64,000 nt of DNA. It comes from Eledone cirrhosa (taxonomy: Eukaryota). The notes beneath the pieces were generated by a model. It did no database searches. It saw nothing but the letters and a program-made list of their open reading frames with translations, and had not been told where the DNA came from. The DNA is taken from positions 76,322,001-76,386,000 of the forward strand of contig OZ024744.1 of assembly GCA_964016885.1 (NCBI GenBank), given 5' to 3'. Numbering within the stretch: the first letter of the stretch is position 1; the number at the start of each line of letters is the position of its first letter. The translations under genes and the position numbers were made by a program. Positions 25,355 to 39,428 of the stretch are shown piece by piece.

Positions 25355-27268
25355 ATGAACGCTGCGTCCAACGATAATGGTGGTGGAGAGGCGGTAAGAC
25401 TACAAAGCTCGCAGTCAACAACGTCTTCTTCACTAGATACTATAGAGATGGAAAGACAAAATGAAAATAAAAAAACGAATTCACATCCAAACAACACAAA
25501 TGACACCAAACAGCTCAATGACAACAAAAATAACAGCAAAACCAATAATGATGATAAAAGCAACAATGATAACAACAACAAAGAAAAAAATAAAGACAAC
25601 GCCAATAACACCAGCATCAAAGACAACAACAACACCAAGGAAAATACGGATGATACCAACATCGGTGACAACAAGAATAACAACAAGAATAACAACAATA
25701 ATGACAACACCACCAATACGGATTCCACAAAGAAACCAAAAATCTCCTTTGCGGAGAAAGTTCAAAAGAAAGAACAATTGATATATCTCGACATAACAAA
25801 TGCTGAACACCTTTTAAAGGACGCTAAGAGATATGTCACCTTCGAAAAAAATGGTGCTTTCAGCATCAATTCTCCGGTAGAAATTCGCAAGGAAACTGCT
25901 CTCAAAACGATAGTTTTTAGGACAGTTTCCAATTCTACCCGAAAACCAGTCCAATTGTCACAGAAAGATATTGAACTGGTTTTCAAATATTCAATGAATG
26001 ATATTGCATTCATTCAAAGAAGCAAACTTTTTGGGAGTATTTCGGTACTGATGAAGGATCAATTGACGGCCCAAAATTACTCTGTGTCGCCAATTGTATC
26101 CAACCTGTACACCTTTTTCCCTACATACATGGGAAAAAGGACACAAAAGATCAGAATCACAAGTGTCACACCAAAGGTGAACATATGGTGGATACTGTGC
26201 GGCTTCATCAATTTTGATGAAGACAGAATACTGTCAGTAGGCAAGTCCCCCAGAGATGTATTCAATGGGACTAGCATTGAAGTTCTGGTGCAAATGAGCC
26301 CAGAGCGAATAGCTATGATCCCACAGCGTGTACTCCTGGACGGACTTACCTACATAAACCTTTCGGTTGAGGGTAGGTGGCCTTCATGTTACCATTGCTT
26401 TAGCAGGGGTCACCTGAGGGCTTCCTGTCCTAAACTAATGAACCAAAAAAAGGCTCTTCTGCCGACACCCATCAAAACAACACAACCACCAACACCACCA
26501 CAACAACAACACCAACACACAAAAATAACCACAACAAACACAGTCCCACCCAACCCCACTCCACCTAAAACCACTGCAAAATCACATACAGACACAACAG
26601 CTCCCCAAGACATACCCCTCCCCAATCACACAGACGATACAACAGATGAGGCTATCTCGCCATCACCCAGTGAAGACGAGGGAGAACCCCATCGCTCGAA
26701 AAGAAAGAAAAGACATCACAAAAGCAAAAAACCAGCAAACACTACCACAAACATACAACCACCAACACAAACAACAAAAATATCACAAACCAAACCCCCA
26801 CCTCCTGAAAACAAAATACCTACAACAAAACGAAAGCACACACAAGAACTACAGACAAAAACAAACACAACACAAGAAAATTACACTTACACTTACATAA
26901 ACACTGAAAACAAAACACTAATGGAGACCATCACGAACGACCCTTCGGTTTTCACCGAAGGGAAAACTTTCGCCCACTCTATAAAAAATAGCAAAAAACT
27001 GAACCTAAGACTGATTAGGGTCCCTATACAAACTTATAGGTCCCTAAAAGAAACATTTGAGAAGGATGTGGGGAATTCCTGCGTGAAACCACTCAACCGC
27101 GTCCTTCTCAAATGCCTCCCCACCCCAGACACCCCCATTCCACCAGACCCCACCCCACCAAACATCTGCGTCCCCACCCCGCCGGAAACCACCACCCATC
27201 CAGACAACCCCTCCAACACCCCCATGGAAATCGTGCGGCCTGGTCCCCAGGAGGCGAAGGGTGAGTGA
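25355..27268 (+). CDS. Tx1 ORF1 (Asn-rich N-terminus, CCHC zinc knuckle, Pro/Thr-rich region)
   Basis: 637-aa intact ORF with CYHCFSRGHLRASC, immediately upstream of ORF2. Confidence 0.92.
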   Translation: MNAASNDNGGGEAVRLQSSQSTTSSSLDTIEMERQNENKKTNSHPNNTNDTKQLNDNKNNSKTNNDDKSNNDNNNKEKNKDNANNTSIKDNNNTKENTDDTNIGDNKNNNKNNNNNDNTTNTDSTKKPKISFAEKVQKKEQLIYLDITNAEHLLKDAKRYVTFEKNGAFSINSPVEIRKETALKTIVFRTVSNSTRKPVQLSQKDIELVFKYSMNDIAFIQRSKLFGSISVLMKDQLTAQNYSVSPIVSNLYTFFPTYMGKRTQKIRITSVTPKVNIWWILCGFINFDEDRILSVGKSPRDVFNGTSIEVLVQMSPERIAMIPQRVLLDGLTYINLSVEGRWPSCYHCFSRGHLRASCPKLMNQKKALLPTPIKTTQPPTPPQQQHQHTKITTTNTVPPNPTPPKTTAKSHTDTTAPQDIPLPNHTDDTTDEAISPSPSEDEGEPHRSKRKKRHHKSKKPANTTTNIQPPTQTTKISQTKPPPPENKIPTTKRKHTQELQTKTNTTQENYTYTYINTENKTLMETITNDPSVFTEGKTFAHSIKNSKKLNLRLIRVPIQTYRSLKETFEKDVGNSCVKPLNRVLLKCLPTPDTPIPPDPTPPNICVPTPPETTTHPDNPSNTPMEIVRPGPQEAKGE

Positions 27269-27301
27269 TCTCTTTTCCTCTTTTAACTTTTCAGCACCAA
27301 C

Positions 27302-30300
27302 ATGGCCAATATAAGAGTTGGATGTGTGAACGTACGCGGCCTGGGGATGCCCTGGAAACAGGGCAAACTCTTAAACGACCTCAGGTCACACAGTTTGGAT
27401 GTGGTAGCCATTTGCGAGTCCAGGATCCACGGCGAGCGACAGCTGGCCCCCATCTTCGATGACTTTGAGATCTACGCATCTCTCTGTCAACCGGGGGGTG
27501 GGAGCGGAGTTGCCGTTTTGCTGCGGAAACACCTGGGCCTCGTAACACAGACGGTACATCTGGACCCGGAGGGTCGACTGGTGGTCCTAGACGTTGACGG
27601 TAGTGAAGGTGGAGCCTTCAGGCTGGTGGCCGCATATGCCCCATCCGGGACACCGCGGCCAGACTTCTTCAAACGTCTAGAGACTTTTCTGGGAACGTCC
27701 CGCTCCTTGCTTTTAGTGGGGGACTGGAATGGAATCCTAGATGCACGTTGGGACTATGTGGGAGCATGTCCCGACAAAGGGGGGTGTAACAGCCTCAAAC
27801 AGTTAATCGACCGATTTGACCTGGCCGATAGATATCGACTAGATTTTCCGACTGCGCCAATGTGGACGTGGAGTAATCGTAGCGGAACATCTAGATCGTA
27901 CCTAGATAGGGTTCTAGTTAGAAATAAGGATAGGGACATGTTAAGCTGTCCACAAATGTTCATGGTTGCCTATTCAGATCACAAACTAGTGACCTGCATG
28001 GCCAACCTTGATAGAACCCATAGACAAGGACCCGGCTACTGGAAGCTGAACTTGTCGTTGCCGACAAGCAAAGCCTACAGTAGACGGATTAGCACTTTAG
28101 TTAAACAGCACTTGACAGGGGCCATTGTCAACAACAGATGGTGGTACTCTCTCAAGAGGGCAGTTAGATTAGACTCGATAGTTTTTAGTAAAGAATTAGC
28201 GTTAGATAGAAATAGAACCGAGAAGGAACTGGTAGATAAAGTAGAAGAGGCAATTAGAAGTGGCAACGTAGCCAGCGTGCTAGCAACGAGAACGGCCTTG
28301 GACCAGTTCTTCGACGCAAAGCACGAGGGCTGCGTTGTCAGAAGCAAAATACGTGCTCTGGGAAACGAGGGAGCCAAAGCTGTTAGCTGGGCCCGAGTGA
28401 CGGAGGCAAAAAGTGGCAACAAGTCCACGATTCGGTCTTTGAAGGACCAAAACGGACGCGTGATACGTGAGCCGAAGCAGATGTGTGCGGCTTTTCAGCG
28501 GCACTTTGCTCGGCTGTTCGGGGGGAGCGGCGCGCCGGGAGAGGCTATGGATTTCGGTCCATACCTCGACGGCCTACCGCGACTCTCGGACAGTGAGGCG
28601 AAGTTCTGCGAAAAGCCGATTTCAGCCACTGAGATAGGGGACGCGCTGAGCCAATGCGGCAAACGCAAATCTCCAGGTCTCGACGGTCTACCCTACGAAT
28701 TTTACGTAGCAATGCCGGACTTATTCTCCGATCTCCTGGAAGCAGTCTACTGCAACTGGCAACAGAACGGGAGAATTCCCAGTTCTGTAACCGGGGGCGT
28801 GGTCACACTAATCAGGAAGGACGAGAATAAGGGGGATGACATAGGCAACTTCCGGCCCATAACTCTGCTAAACACAGAGTTACAGATTTTGGCCAAGGTA
28901 TTGGCAAAGAGGCTGGCGCTTGTCGTCGAGAACCTGGTGGGAGAAGCGCAGACATGCGCGATCCCGACCAGGTCCATACACGACAACCTCCACCTCATGC
29001 GATACATCATAGAGAGGGTAGGGTGTAAACCCGGCTTCGGTGGGGCCCTGATCAACTTGGATCAGTCTAAGGCTTTCGATAGGGTTGACCATCGCTACCT
29101 GGATGCGGTGCTCGAGGCGGCAGGCTTCGGACCCGTGTTCAGGGGCTGGATTGCTGCAATGCACAACAGCAACATCTGCTCAAGGGTCAAGGTGAACGGT
29201 TACCTCTCGGAGCCGTTCCATATTACGCGATCCATTCGACAGGGATGCCCCCTCTCCTCCCTTCTGTACGTACTGACTCTCGAGCCACTACTGCGGAAGC
29301 TGGAGCTATTGCAGGGCATCCCTCTGGAACCGGGACTGCGGAAAGCGGCGTCGGCCTACGCCGACGACGTGACAGTAATGGTGTCGAGCGCCTCGCAAAT
29401 CGAGGAAGTCGGCACCTTACTAAAGGAATACGAAAGTCTCACAGGAGCGAAGCTGAACCGGGACAAGTCCATCGGTTTGCAACTCGGATCGTGGAGAGGC
29501 AGACCGATGCCTTCCGATGGCGTCGTCGGATGCTGGACGGAAGGACCGGTAAAGCTGCTCGGGGTCTGGTTTGGTCCGGACCTCCAGGTGGAGAAGAACT
29601 GGAACGAAGTGACGGCCAAGGTGTTTGCACTCACCCAGAAGTGGGCCGAGTGCAAACTATCCTTGAAAGGTCGAGCGGAGGTGGCGAACACTTTTATAGC
29701 GTCCGCCATCTACTACCGCTTGACCGTCGTGCCTTGTCCAGCCAAAACGCTCGCCAAAATGGAGCGCGCCCTCTTCCGATTCCTTTGGAAGAGGCGGGCT
29801 CCTTTGGTAAGAAGATCCATCTGCTGCCAACACCCTTCTAACGGAGGGCTGGGGATGCCGTGGTTGACGATGCGCAAGCACGCGCTCAGGCTGCGGCATC
29901 TCTACGTATTCCTCACCGGACAACCGGTGTGGGCCCCGTTCGTGAGGCGAGCCTACCCACGACTCGTCTCGCTGACCGAGCTGCAGTCCTGGGTCAAGCA
30001 GAGACCGAGGAAAATGGACGACTGGCACATCGAATGTGCTCAGGCGCTCACAGCCCTCTAGCAGGCGGACCCAGCGATCAGTGGAGACTCCACTTCGTCA
30101 TTCTATAGAGGGTTGGTCCGCAGCAAGTGCGACGACGCGCTCGGTGAAACTCTAGGCGTAGAGGAAGATGAACTGGCCAGTCTGTTCGGGAGGACCTTCC
30201 GCCCGGGACCGATGGACAACTTCCAAAAGTCCATGGCCTGGCAGTGCTACCGAGGAGCTCTACCAGTTCGAGACAAGCTCTACAGACATGGGCGCCCGGG

Positions 30301-30739
30301 CAGGGACCCTGCAAAAAAGATCTGTCCGAGGTGCATGCGAGACGAAGAAACCGTCGCGCACGCATTCATACACTGCCCGGGCGTCACTGACCTGTGGGGC
30401 TATGTAGAACGACTATTGTCGCGGGTGGGACCAATCCAGTTGACCACCGAGTCCATTGTCATGATCAAACCGCCACCCTCCTTCAAAAACGAAGGAGAGG
30501 CGGTTTTCCTTTGTGTGATAGCTATGGCGAAAGAGGTTGTATGGTGGACAAGGTTGAAAGGGCTGAGGTCAGACACCTTTCTCTCCGGCCAACAACTGAT
30601 TCTTTTTTTCAAATACCACTTTGGAAGAAGAATCAGGATGGAGAGAGAGGTGCTGTACCCCAGCAAGTTTTATGAAAGGTGGGTGAAAGTGGCGAGAATG
30701 GCCCGAGTGAATGGGCCTTCTCTCTATATCAGCCTGTAG
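27302..30739 (+). CDS. Tx1 ORF2 APE-RT-zf polyprotein with one in-frame TAG at 30059-30061
   Basis: NVRGL, GDWN, SYLDR, SDH (APE); KSPGLDGLP, FRPITLLN, DQSKAFDRVD, RQGCPLS, YADD (RT). The frame continues to 30739. Confidence 0.95.
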
Positions 30740-31246
30740 GTTGAGGAAAAGGAGGAGGAGAGGAAAGGAGTACAAGCTCTTCGTACTCCTGGAGATGAGG
30801 GTTGCACATTTTTTTCGGGGGTCTGTGTTACCCATATAAACTGTCTCCCTCTATTGGGGAAAATCGACTAACTTTTAAATTCCATCTGTGATAACATTTT
30901 ACACGTTTTTATTGTATGTAAACTTCCCCCTTTGTATTTGTCCCCTTCTTTTGTGCCCCTGTGGCTAATAAAGAAATATATCTATCTATCTATCTCACTC
31001 ACTCTTTCCCACTCTCTCGCTCGCTCTCTCTCTCTCATTCTCTCTCTCTCTCCCCATGTCACTTTCTTTTTCTTTCTTCCTCTCTCTTTCTATTTCTCTC
31101 TCACACATACACATACACACATACATACAGACGCGCGCACAAACACACACACACACACATATATATATATTATATATATACATATACATATATATTCAGA
31201 TATATGTACGCACACACATACACACACACACACACACACATATATA

Positions 31247-31286
<40 letters not shown>

Positions 31287-31291
<5 letters not shown>

Positions 31292-31488
31292 TTATAGAAG
31301 GAGCTTCTACAGGACTAGTACTGTTTCATTCAGATGCAATCATGTTTTAGGAAGCTTCCTGAAGATTTCATCTGAATGAAACAGTACTAGTCCTGTAGAA
31401 GCTCCTTCTATAAAATAAAAAAATTTTCTCTGCCATGTATTGAGTACCCTACTTACTGTGGTTATCCCCGACTCAACCCGGGACCTAC

Positions 31489-31490
<2 letters not shown>
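31287..31490 (+). mobile_element. Fold-back mini element with type I hammerhead (31353-31403) in (TA)n
   Basis: 50-bp arms 31287-31336 / 31369-31418. AGCUUC-CUGAAGA...GAAA-CAG..CUG-UA-GAAGCU. Relatives at 35388-35512 and 36908-36990. Confidence 0.75.
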
Positions 31491-31522
<32 letters not shown>

Positions 31523-31534
31523 ATAATATTAATA

Positions 31535-31640
31535 AATGGAAAATATCTTTATAAAACCACATTTATTTTATTATACGTATTTCAAGGGCACTAATATTTA
31601 AGTACGATTTCGTCAGATAAAATATAATATTTGGTGTAAA
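31535..31640 (-). ncRNA. Hammerhead-like motif of a PLE remnant (relative at 8620-8710, +)
   Basis: Minus strand CUGACGA...CCCUU-GAAA-UACG-UA. Flanks are shared with the 8.6-kb copy. Confidence 0.5.
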
Positions 31641-32180
31641 GATAGTGACATATCTTCATGTGAACTTAATGTTATAAGTTCATTGAGGATAGTGAATAGA
31701 ATAACCACACAGCCACAGGAGAGTTGTCATTTTCTTTTTTTCTTTTTTTTTTGTGTGTGTTTGTATTGTTTTGTTTTGTTAGTTTTTTTTGTTGTTTTTT
31801 GTTGTTGTTTTAATATAAATATAGACTTTATAGTGGAACACAGAGAAACATTTCAATGGCTTCTGCTTATCTCTACCAAGTAACGAACGGCATTACGATG
31901 AATCCCTAAGGTTTGTAAGATGATTAAATGAACTTACATTTTTCTGGATTTCCCATTTCCCTATCATTAAATCATCACGAGGCAGTTAGAGTGTAGAGAG
32001 TAGAAAGTATAGAGAGGGTTGTATCAAACTAGTTCTTAGTTTGCAGAATCGTAGATATTTTGCTTCCAGTTATATTCTTCTAAAATGTGCCTAGCAGTGC
32101 CCCTAAAAATAATCTTACCCCGTAAATTGTTTGCAAGTAAAGTACACCGACTGACTGTATATCCTAAAAAAATTGGTCTT

Positions 32181-32997
<817 letters not shown>

Positions 32998-33017
32998 ATA
33001 TATATTATATATATATA

Positions 33018-33062
<45 letters not shown>

Positions 33063-33153
33063 TTCGGAGACACAATCATGTTTTAGGAAGCAGCTGGTTG
33101 ATTCAATAATAGTAAACAGTTCAAGGAATTCGTGTACTCTCGCAATACACACA

Positions 33154-33196
<43 letters not shown>

Positions 33197-33288
33197 GTGT
33201 GTGAGTGTGTGTGTATTTATAGGTGTATATATCTATATATATGTCCATATAAATATCTATCTATCAATCAATGAATCAATCAATCTAT

Positions 33289-33369
<81 letters not shown>

Positions 33370-33377
33370 GGTAAGTA

Positions 33378-33417
<40 letters not shown>

Positions 33418-34131
33418 CATACCTACATACATACACATATGCAAGCAAATACATAAACATACATACATGCATACATACAAACACACACACATACATACAC
33501 ACATACATACATACATACATACATACATACATACATACATACATACATACATACATACATACATACATACATACATACATACGTATATACATACATAATA
33601 TACATACACATATACATACACACATGACGTCTGCCTCCTCGTTATCGAGTATAGCCATTGCACGATATACCATTAACTATGCCTTTCATCCTTACGGGGT
33701 CGATAAAATAAAGTACCAGTAATACACTGGCTAATTTGTGTCAAAAGTGGAAACAATTATTAATAATTATTAATTAATTCTATCGTGCAATGTCTGAGAG
33801 TGAAAATATTTTTTAAAGTGAGGAAAGACTGTGCACTGAGCCAATCCCACTCTCTGAGCAACAGTAGCTATAACCGGAAAAGAAGAAAAGATCAATATCA
33901 TCGGTAACTACTGAGCCGCAGGTTTTATATCGGAGTTATCCCAGTTTCCTGAGTTGCCTTCTCCTAGAAGAATGCCCTGACAAAGGTAAGGGGTCCTTCA
34001 CTCCAAGTGGTTTAACCGCGCGATCGGGTGTCCAGCCCGACTATTCCTATGTTCTCGCGAATATATATACACATGCACCCATGTATATACACAAATACAT
34101 ACATATGTACATATGTATATACATATTTACA

Positions 34132-34321
34132 CACTTTTGGATGGCTGTTGACTCTTAATGAGTTCTTCCGCCCTTTGTCTGGTTTTGTTTTTGTCCTGCA
34201 GGGTGTCCAAAATCACCCTCCTTACCAAGTAAACTTGGTGGGGATGCCGGTATAGTCACCGACGACCCGACCATGTGACAGGTTGTACTGGGTTACATGT
34301 TACCAGTAGCACTCAAGAGTG
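34132..34321. mobile_element. Putative MITE with CACT(T/C)TTG termini
   Basis: cacttttggatggct ... agcactcaagagtg, in a microsatellite context. Confidence 0.4.
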
Positions 34322-35312
34322 ACCCGATACATACATACGTACATACATACACACACACACACACGCATAAATAATAGAAACAGACTTTTGACCAAAACTG
34401 TATTTCCTTCGTTTGAAATTTCTTCATTTTCTAAGAATTTCAGTCAACTTAGCGTGCCGATTGTTATTTTCGAAATGATGTTTTATCCAAAGCTGTTTAT
34501 TTAGATTCAACTTTAAAAGGACATTGTTATCAGGGTCTTCTTAGCTTAATGGTACCAGTTGATCAACCGGAATTTAAGAGGTACGAAGTTCGTTTCTCTG
34601 TGGCGACTACTTGGCCACTATTTCCCGCCAATAGGTAGTTTTATCCGATTTTTAAGCTACTATTTCTAACATTCGACTGATTTTACAGTTATTTTCTGTG
34701 TTTGAAATGTCTACATTTTCTAAGAATTTCAATTAGCTCCACGCTCCAATTATTTATTTTTTATATATATCAGTTTGACAATCGCCACCGACAAATGCGA
34801 GAAAGTTCTCGAGGAAAGTTAACAAGGAATCTTTAAAAAATCTTCGCGCCGTAGTTAACAAAGAACTTAATAGATGTAGAAAACTAAATTGTAATATTAT
34901 AATAATATAAAATTAAATCAAATTGTTTAGAACTACGATTGAAGTCATTCTTTTCCTTTTTTCAAATATACCTAACTGTACAAAGGATTTTACATATTTT
35001 CCAATATATATATATATATATATAAATTAATAAAAATAATGAATAAAAACAAAGAAACAGTTCCTTATATTAAAAAATTCATCATTTTATACGATCGTTT
35101 CTAGGATATATATGTGTGTGTTGGTATGTATATCATTTAGATCTATGTAAAATGTTTACAAACTATCAGAGGGAATATACATACCTACACATATATATGC
35201 TGTCTTCAGAAATAATGATATTTGTTTATTGAAAAAAAAACAACAAAGATTTAATATAATAGGTCTGTTTGGGAACAGGTTTTGAATTGACGAATAGAAA
35301 GGTAGTAAGTTG

Positions 35313-35371
<59 letters not shown>

Positions 35372-35759
35372 TGTGTTTGTGTGTGACTCCCGGGTTCAAT
35401 CTGGGATAACCACAGTTAGTACTCAATACATTAGTAGAGTGCAAACATGAAGTTTAACATACAAATTACTTCTACAGGACTAGAACTGTTTCATTCGTAT
35501 GAAATCATCATTCCTATGTATGTATATTACTCTATTACATGTTCCGTCCGAAAGGCTGAGGCCATGCTGGGGCATATATATATATGCAATATATTTTAGA
35601 TGTGAGCTATTTATATACACAGCTGAATAAACTCCTCGGTAACTATGTTAAATTTAGGTCTGTCTAGTCACAACGGCAACGCTAGCCATGCAGGCCATAT
35701 ATAAGTTTGACATGGCGGGAATAGAAGCTAGAACGCTAAGAACCATGACTGACACCTCA

Positions 35760-36430
35760 ACTCATCTCGACCGACGCTCTAACAATTACGCTAATCACCG
35801 CTTTGAAATCAGAACGTTATTTACGAATCACGAAAAGATTAAAAAGTAATGTTGAACTCGTCGAGATTTGAACTCAGAAGGAAGGAAGCGAGATCGAATA
35901 ACTGTTTCTACTTTTGGCACTAGGCCAGCAATCACTGGTACTTTATATTATCAACCCCATAAGGATGAAAGGCAAAGTTAACCTCCGCGAGATTTGAACT
36001 CTGAACGTTAGGGGCCGTAACTCTATGCTACAAAGCATGGCATCAGACCCTCTACCTATACTGCCAATCATTCTATCCAAGGTGCTAACGATTTCATCCA
36101 TCCATCGTCTTATATTTATTCATGCGTACTTTTGTTTTTTGTTGTTTTTTCTTTGTTTTGTTTTTGTTATTATTATCATTGGGGGATTGGCAGTATCGGT
36201 AGAGGGTCGGACATCAGGCGTTGCAGCATACAGTTACGCCCCTTTACGGTCTGAGTTGAAATCCCACCGAGGTTAACTTTACCGTTCATCCTTACGGAGT
36301 CGATGAAATAAAGCAGCAGTAATACACTGGTATAATTGCTGGCCTTGAGGGTCAGATGCCATGCTTTTCAGGATAGAGTTACGCCCCTTTACGGTCAGAG
36401 TTCAAATCTCACCGAGGTTAACTTTGCTGA
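35760..36430. mobile_element. Cluster of ~4 SINE copies or fragments in both orientations
   Basis: Core and B-box matches at ~35870, 35900-36070 (-), 36181-36348 and 36348-36428 (+). Confidence 0.8.
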
Positions 36431-36541
36431 GTAGCCTAATTTGCATATCGAGTGAGTTAGTCGGCCGGGCGTACCGGCCGTTAATATGCATAAGGAAAGT
36501 ATATACTTTCAAACGTTCAATCGATTGACAGGAAGGTATAC

Positions 36542-36578
36542 ATGCTGATGACAGCTAAGAAGCTAGAAACTAGTTCAT
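36542..36578 (+). ncRNA. Minimal hammerhead-like motif
   Basis: AUG-CUGAUGA-C-AGCU-aaga-AGCU-A-GAAA-CUAG-UU-CAU, with palindromic AACUAGUU. Confidence 0.6.
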
Positions 36579-36826
36579 CGTTCCTTTGTCAGTGTTGACC
36601 AAAAGGGAAACGATGGTTGCCGAGCACTGTACGGGCTGTTTGTTTACAAACAAACCGAACATTATAATAAATGTTCGGTAAACCCATACGTACATATATA
36701 TATGTGTACATGTATGTATGTATATACATACTACTGTACGTCAGTATACATATATGTATGTACGTATACATACTTATATTTAAGTATCAGCTGTACTAAG
36801 AGTGAGAAATTTCAATTTCAATTTCA

Positions 36827-36905
<79 letters not shown>

Positions 36906-36988
36906 TAAGTTATTCCGGGTTGAATCGGAGATAACCACAGTAAGTGAGGTACTCTGAGGTACTCAATACATAGCAGAGTATAAAAGAG

Positions 36989-37051
<63 letters not shown>

Positions 37052-37052
<1 letters not shown>

Positions 37053-37172
37053 GAGGGAGGTTCTGAAAAGTTCCTTGGGTCAGATTCACACAGCGTTCCT
37101 ACCTCCAGTGTAAAGGTAACAGCTCTACGCATTGGCGATATCCTTAGCCAGGAACTTTTCAGCACTCTCTTG
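37052..37172. mobile_element. Mariner-type MITE
   Basis: TA-CGAGGGAGGTTCTGAAAAGTTCC ... GGAACTTTTCAGCACTCTCTTG-TA. Confidence 0.7.
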
Positions 37173-37261
37173 TATATGTGAATGGAATTTGGTCAGTGAG
37201 TTTGTGTGTTTGACGGGTGGGGGTAATAAGCGAAATGTGATTTTGAAGAATTTAAAGAATG

Positions 37262-37690
37262 ATAATTTGTTTCTTCTTTAGGCACAAGGCCAGCAATTTA
37301 AAGCGGAGCGAAAAGTCGATTAAATCGACCCCTGTGCATTACTGGTACTTTATTTTATCGACCCCGTAAGTATGAATGGCAAAGTTAACCTCGGCTGGAT
37401 TTGAACTCAGATCGTAAATGGACGTAACTCTACGCCGCAAAGCATATTGTCCGACGCTCTACCGATACTGGTAATATACCGCTCTAATTTAAAGAATAAT
37501 TATTGTTTCTACTTTTGGCACAAGGCCAGCATTCACCCTAGTGCATTACTGGTACATTATTTTATCGACCTTGTAAGGATGAAAGGCAAATTTAACCTCG
37601 GTTGATTTGAACTCAGATCGTAAAGGATCGTAACTCTATGCTGCAAAGCATGGCGTCCGATCCTCTACCGATACTGTCAATCCACCGCCT
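37262..37690 (-). mobile_element. Two tandem SINE copies sharing the target duplication tttaaagaat(a/g)ata
   Basis: Target motif at ~37250, ~37488 and ~37692. Confidence 0.9.
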
Positions 37691-38057
37691 GTTTAAAGAA
37701 TAATAATTAATAAAAAATATTAATAAATTGAAATAAATTTGGTTAATGTAATCAAATGCTGACAGGTAACTATATAATTTCAGTACAGAGTTCACGTTAC
37801 AAAGTTCAAAACGTGAGATTTTTTAACAAGCTACATAGCAAAAGAAAGAAAAAGTCTTACATATTCTCTTTCAATTTAGCACCCATTAACCTCATCAATG
37901 AAAATACATACACATAGATATAAACGTACACTCATATTTATACACTTAGACACAGAAACAAAGACACCCACCACCAAATAACCCAATGAATCATTTGTAT
38001 TTCTTCGTACTAAATTGAAATCTAAACAAAGTAAGCAAACTAAAAATAAACGAATTA

Positions 38058-38118
38058 ACATCGAAGATGTCGCCCATGTCATAAGCAGCTGTCCAAAGAT
38101 GTCATTGCGGTACTATAA
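38058..38118 (+). pseudogene. Tiny R4/Dong-like zinc-knuckle fragment
   Basis: IEDVAHVISSCPKMSLRYY resembles the E-x-x-x-H-x-x-x-x-C motif of RLE elements. Confidence 0.45.
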
Positions 38119-39428
38119 ACGTGGAAGGAAGGTGCTATCTCTGTGTGCAGAAGGGTCACCTCAGGGACTTCTGCCCGTAGAAGACAGCCAAGAAGAGCCC
38201 TCCCCCTCCTTCTGACGCCTGATCTGCTGCTACCAAAAGCAGGGCAGGCAAAAGAGGAAGTAGACCTTTCCATGGGGAGTAGGAGGGAAACGTCCGTGGC
38301 ACCCATACCAATGCCACGGACAACTAAAGCAGCGGCAGCAGTGGCGACAGCAGTGGCGACAGCAGTGGCGGCAACACCAACATCGCAGTAGCTACACCGG
38401 CGGCAAAATCGCCGGAGCGGGCTCCACTACCACCACCAACAGCAGTGCGGCTCATACCCCTCCCAGACGCTACGGAATCCGATATGGAGTATGAGGCAGG
38501 GGGGAAGTGGCAAACGGTCTGCCACAGAAAACAAAAAAGGAAAAAAACCCTTAGCTTCACCTTCCAAAAGCGAAGGCAAACGAAGATGGGTAAAGGCTGC
38601 AAAGAGACTTGCAGCAAAACCACCACTATCTCCATCACCACCACAAGCATCACCACCAACAACAACCACACCACCACCAGCATCACCTAAAACACCAACA
38701 TCGCAAACACAACAAAACACACACAAATAACAGCAACAACAAGAAAACAGCAACAAAGTCGCCCTCCTCCCAAAAAGTACACAGCCATAAACATGGCAAA
38801 TAAAGAACTCTTACAACATATAAATCAGCACACAGACATCACAGAAAAAAACTACTACACCCCACCAACACCAAGAACTCTCCCGGCATACATAAACATC
38901 ATTGAAATCAAAATAGAACAGTACAAACTTTTAAAACAAAAATTCCCCAACGCAGTTGGAGACTTCAGAGGGTCAGTTACCAAGAGGATATACACTGACA
39001 TCCTCTTGGAAACCCCCATGACCAGTCAAAGGGACGGTTCTACTGTCCCTTCACCACACGATCAAGATAAGAGACCCTTTCTCACTTGCCCCGTTTCTCA
39101 TCCAACATGGCCGTACTTAGAATAGGGTCATCTTGGAAGCAGGGTCACATGCTCATAGACCTCAGGTCACTAAACATAGATGTGGTGGCCATCAGCGAGA
39201 GCAGAATCTCCGAAGCACGAACCTTCGCACCGATCTTCGGCGGCTAAGATGTATACACATCTCCCAGCCGTCCAGGATCGGGGGGAGGGGTGGCAGTGCT
39301 TTTTCGGAGAGGCTTGGATCCCGCCGTATGGGCCATCTTCCTGGACCCAGAAGGTAAGTCGGTGGTGCTAGACGTAACCGGCAGCGAAGGCAATGCTTTC
39401 AGGCTAGTAGACGTCTACGCCCCAAGTG
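38119..39428 (+). mobile_element. Degenerate Tx1 fragment: ORF1 3' half (knuckle) + start of APE
   Basis: KGHLRDFCP knuckle remnant; KFPNAVGDFRG; atggccgtacttagaatagg APE start. Confidence 0.88.

Larger units (their letters stand above)
25135..30995 (+). mobile_element. Full-length Tx1 LINE, lineage B, in (TATC)n
   Basis: 5'UTR, ORF1, ORF2, and 3'UTR with AATAAA and (TATC)n tail. Confidence 0.96.

Noticed and set aside
25348-25810. Hydrophobic antisense ORFs opposite Tx1 ORF1 (also 44990-45385, 55616-56092)
   Set aside because: They are by-products of (AAC/AGC)n low-complexity coding sequence on the sense strand.
27261-27294. Mini-intron fusing ORF1 to ORF2 in lineage B
   Set aside because: It is only 34 nt and the joined product is out of frame with the ORF2 ATG. 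Other lineages lack an AG there.
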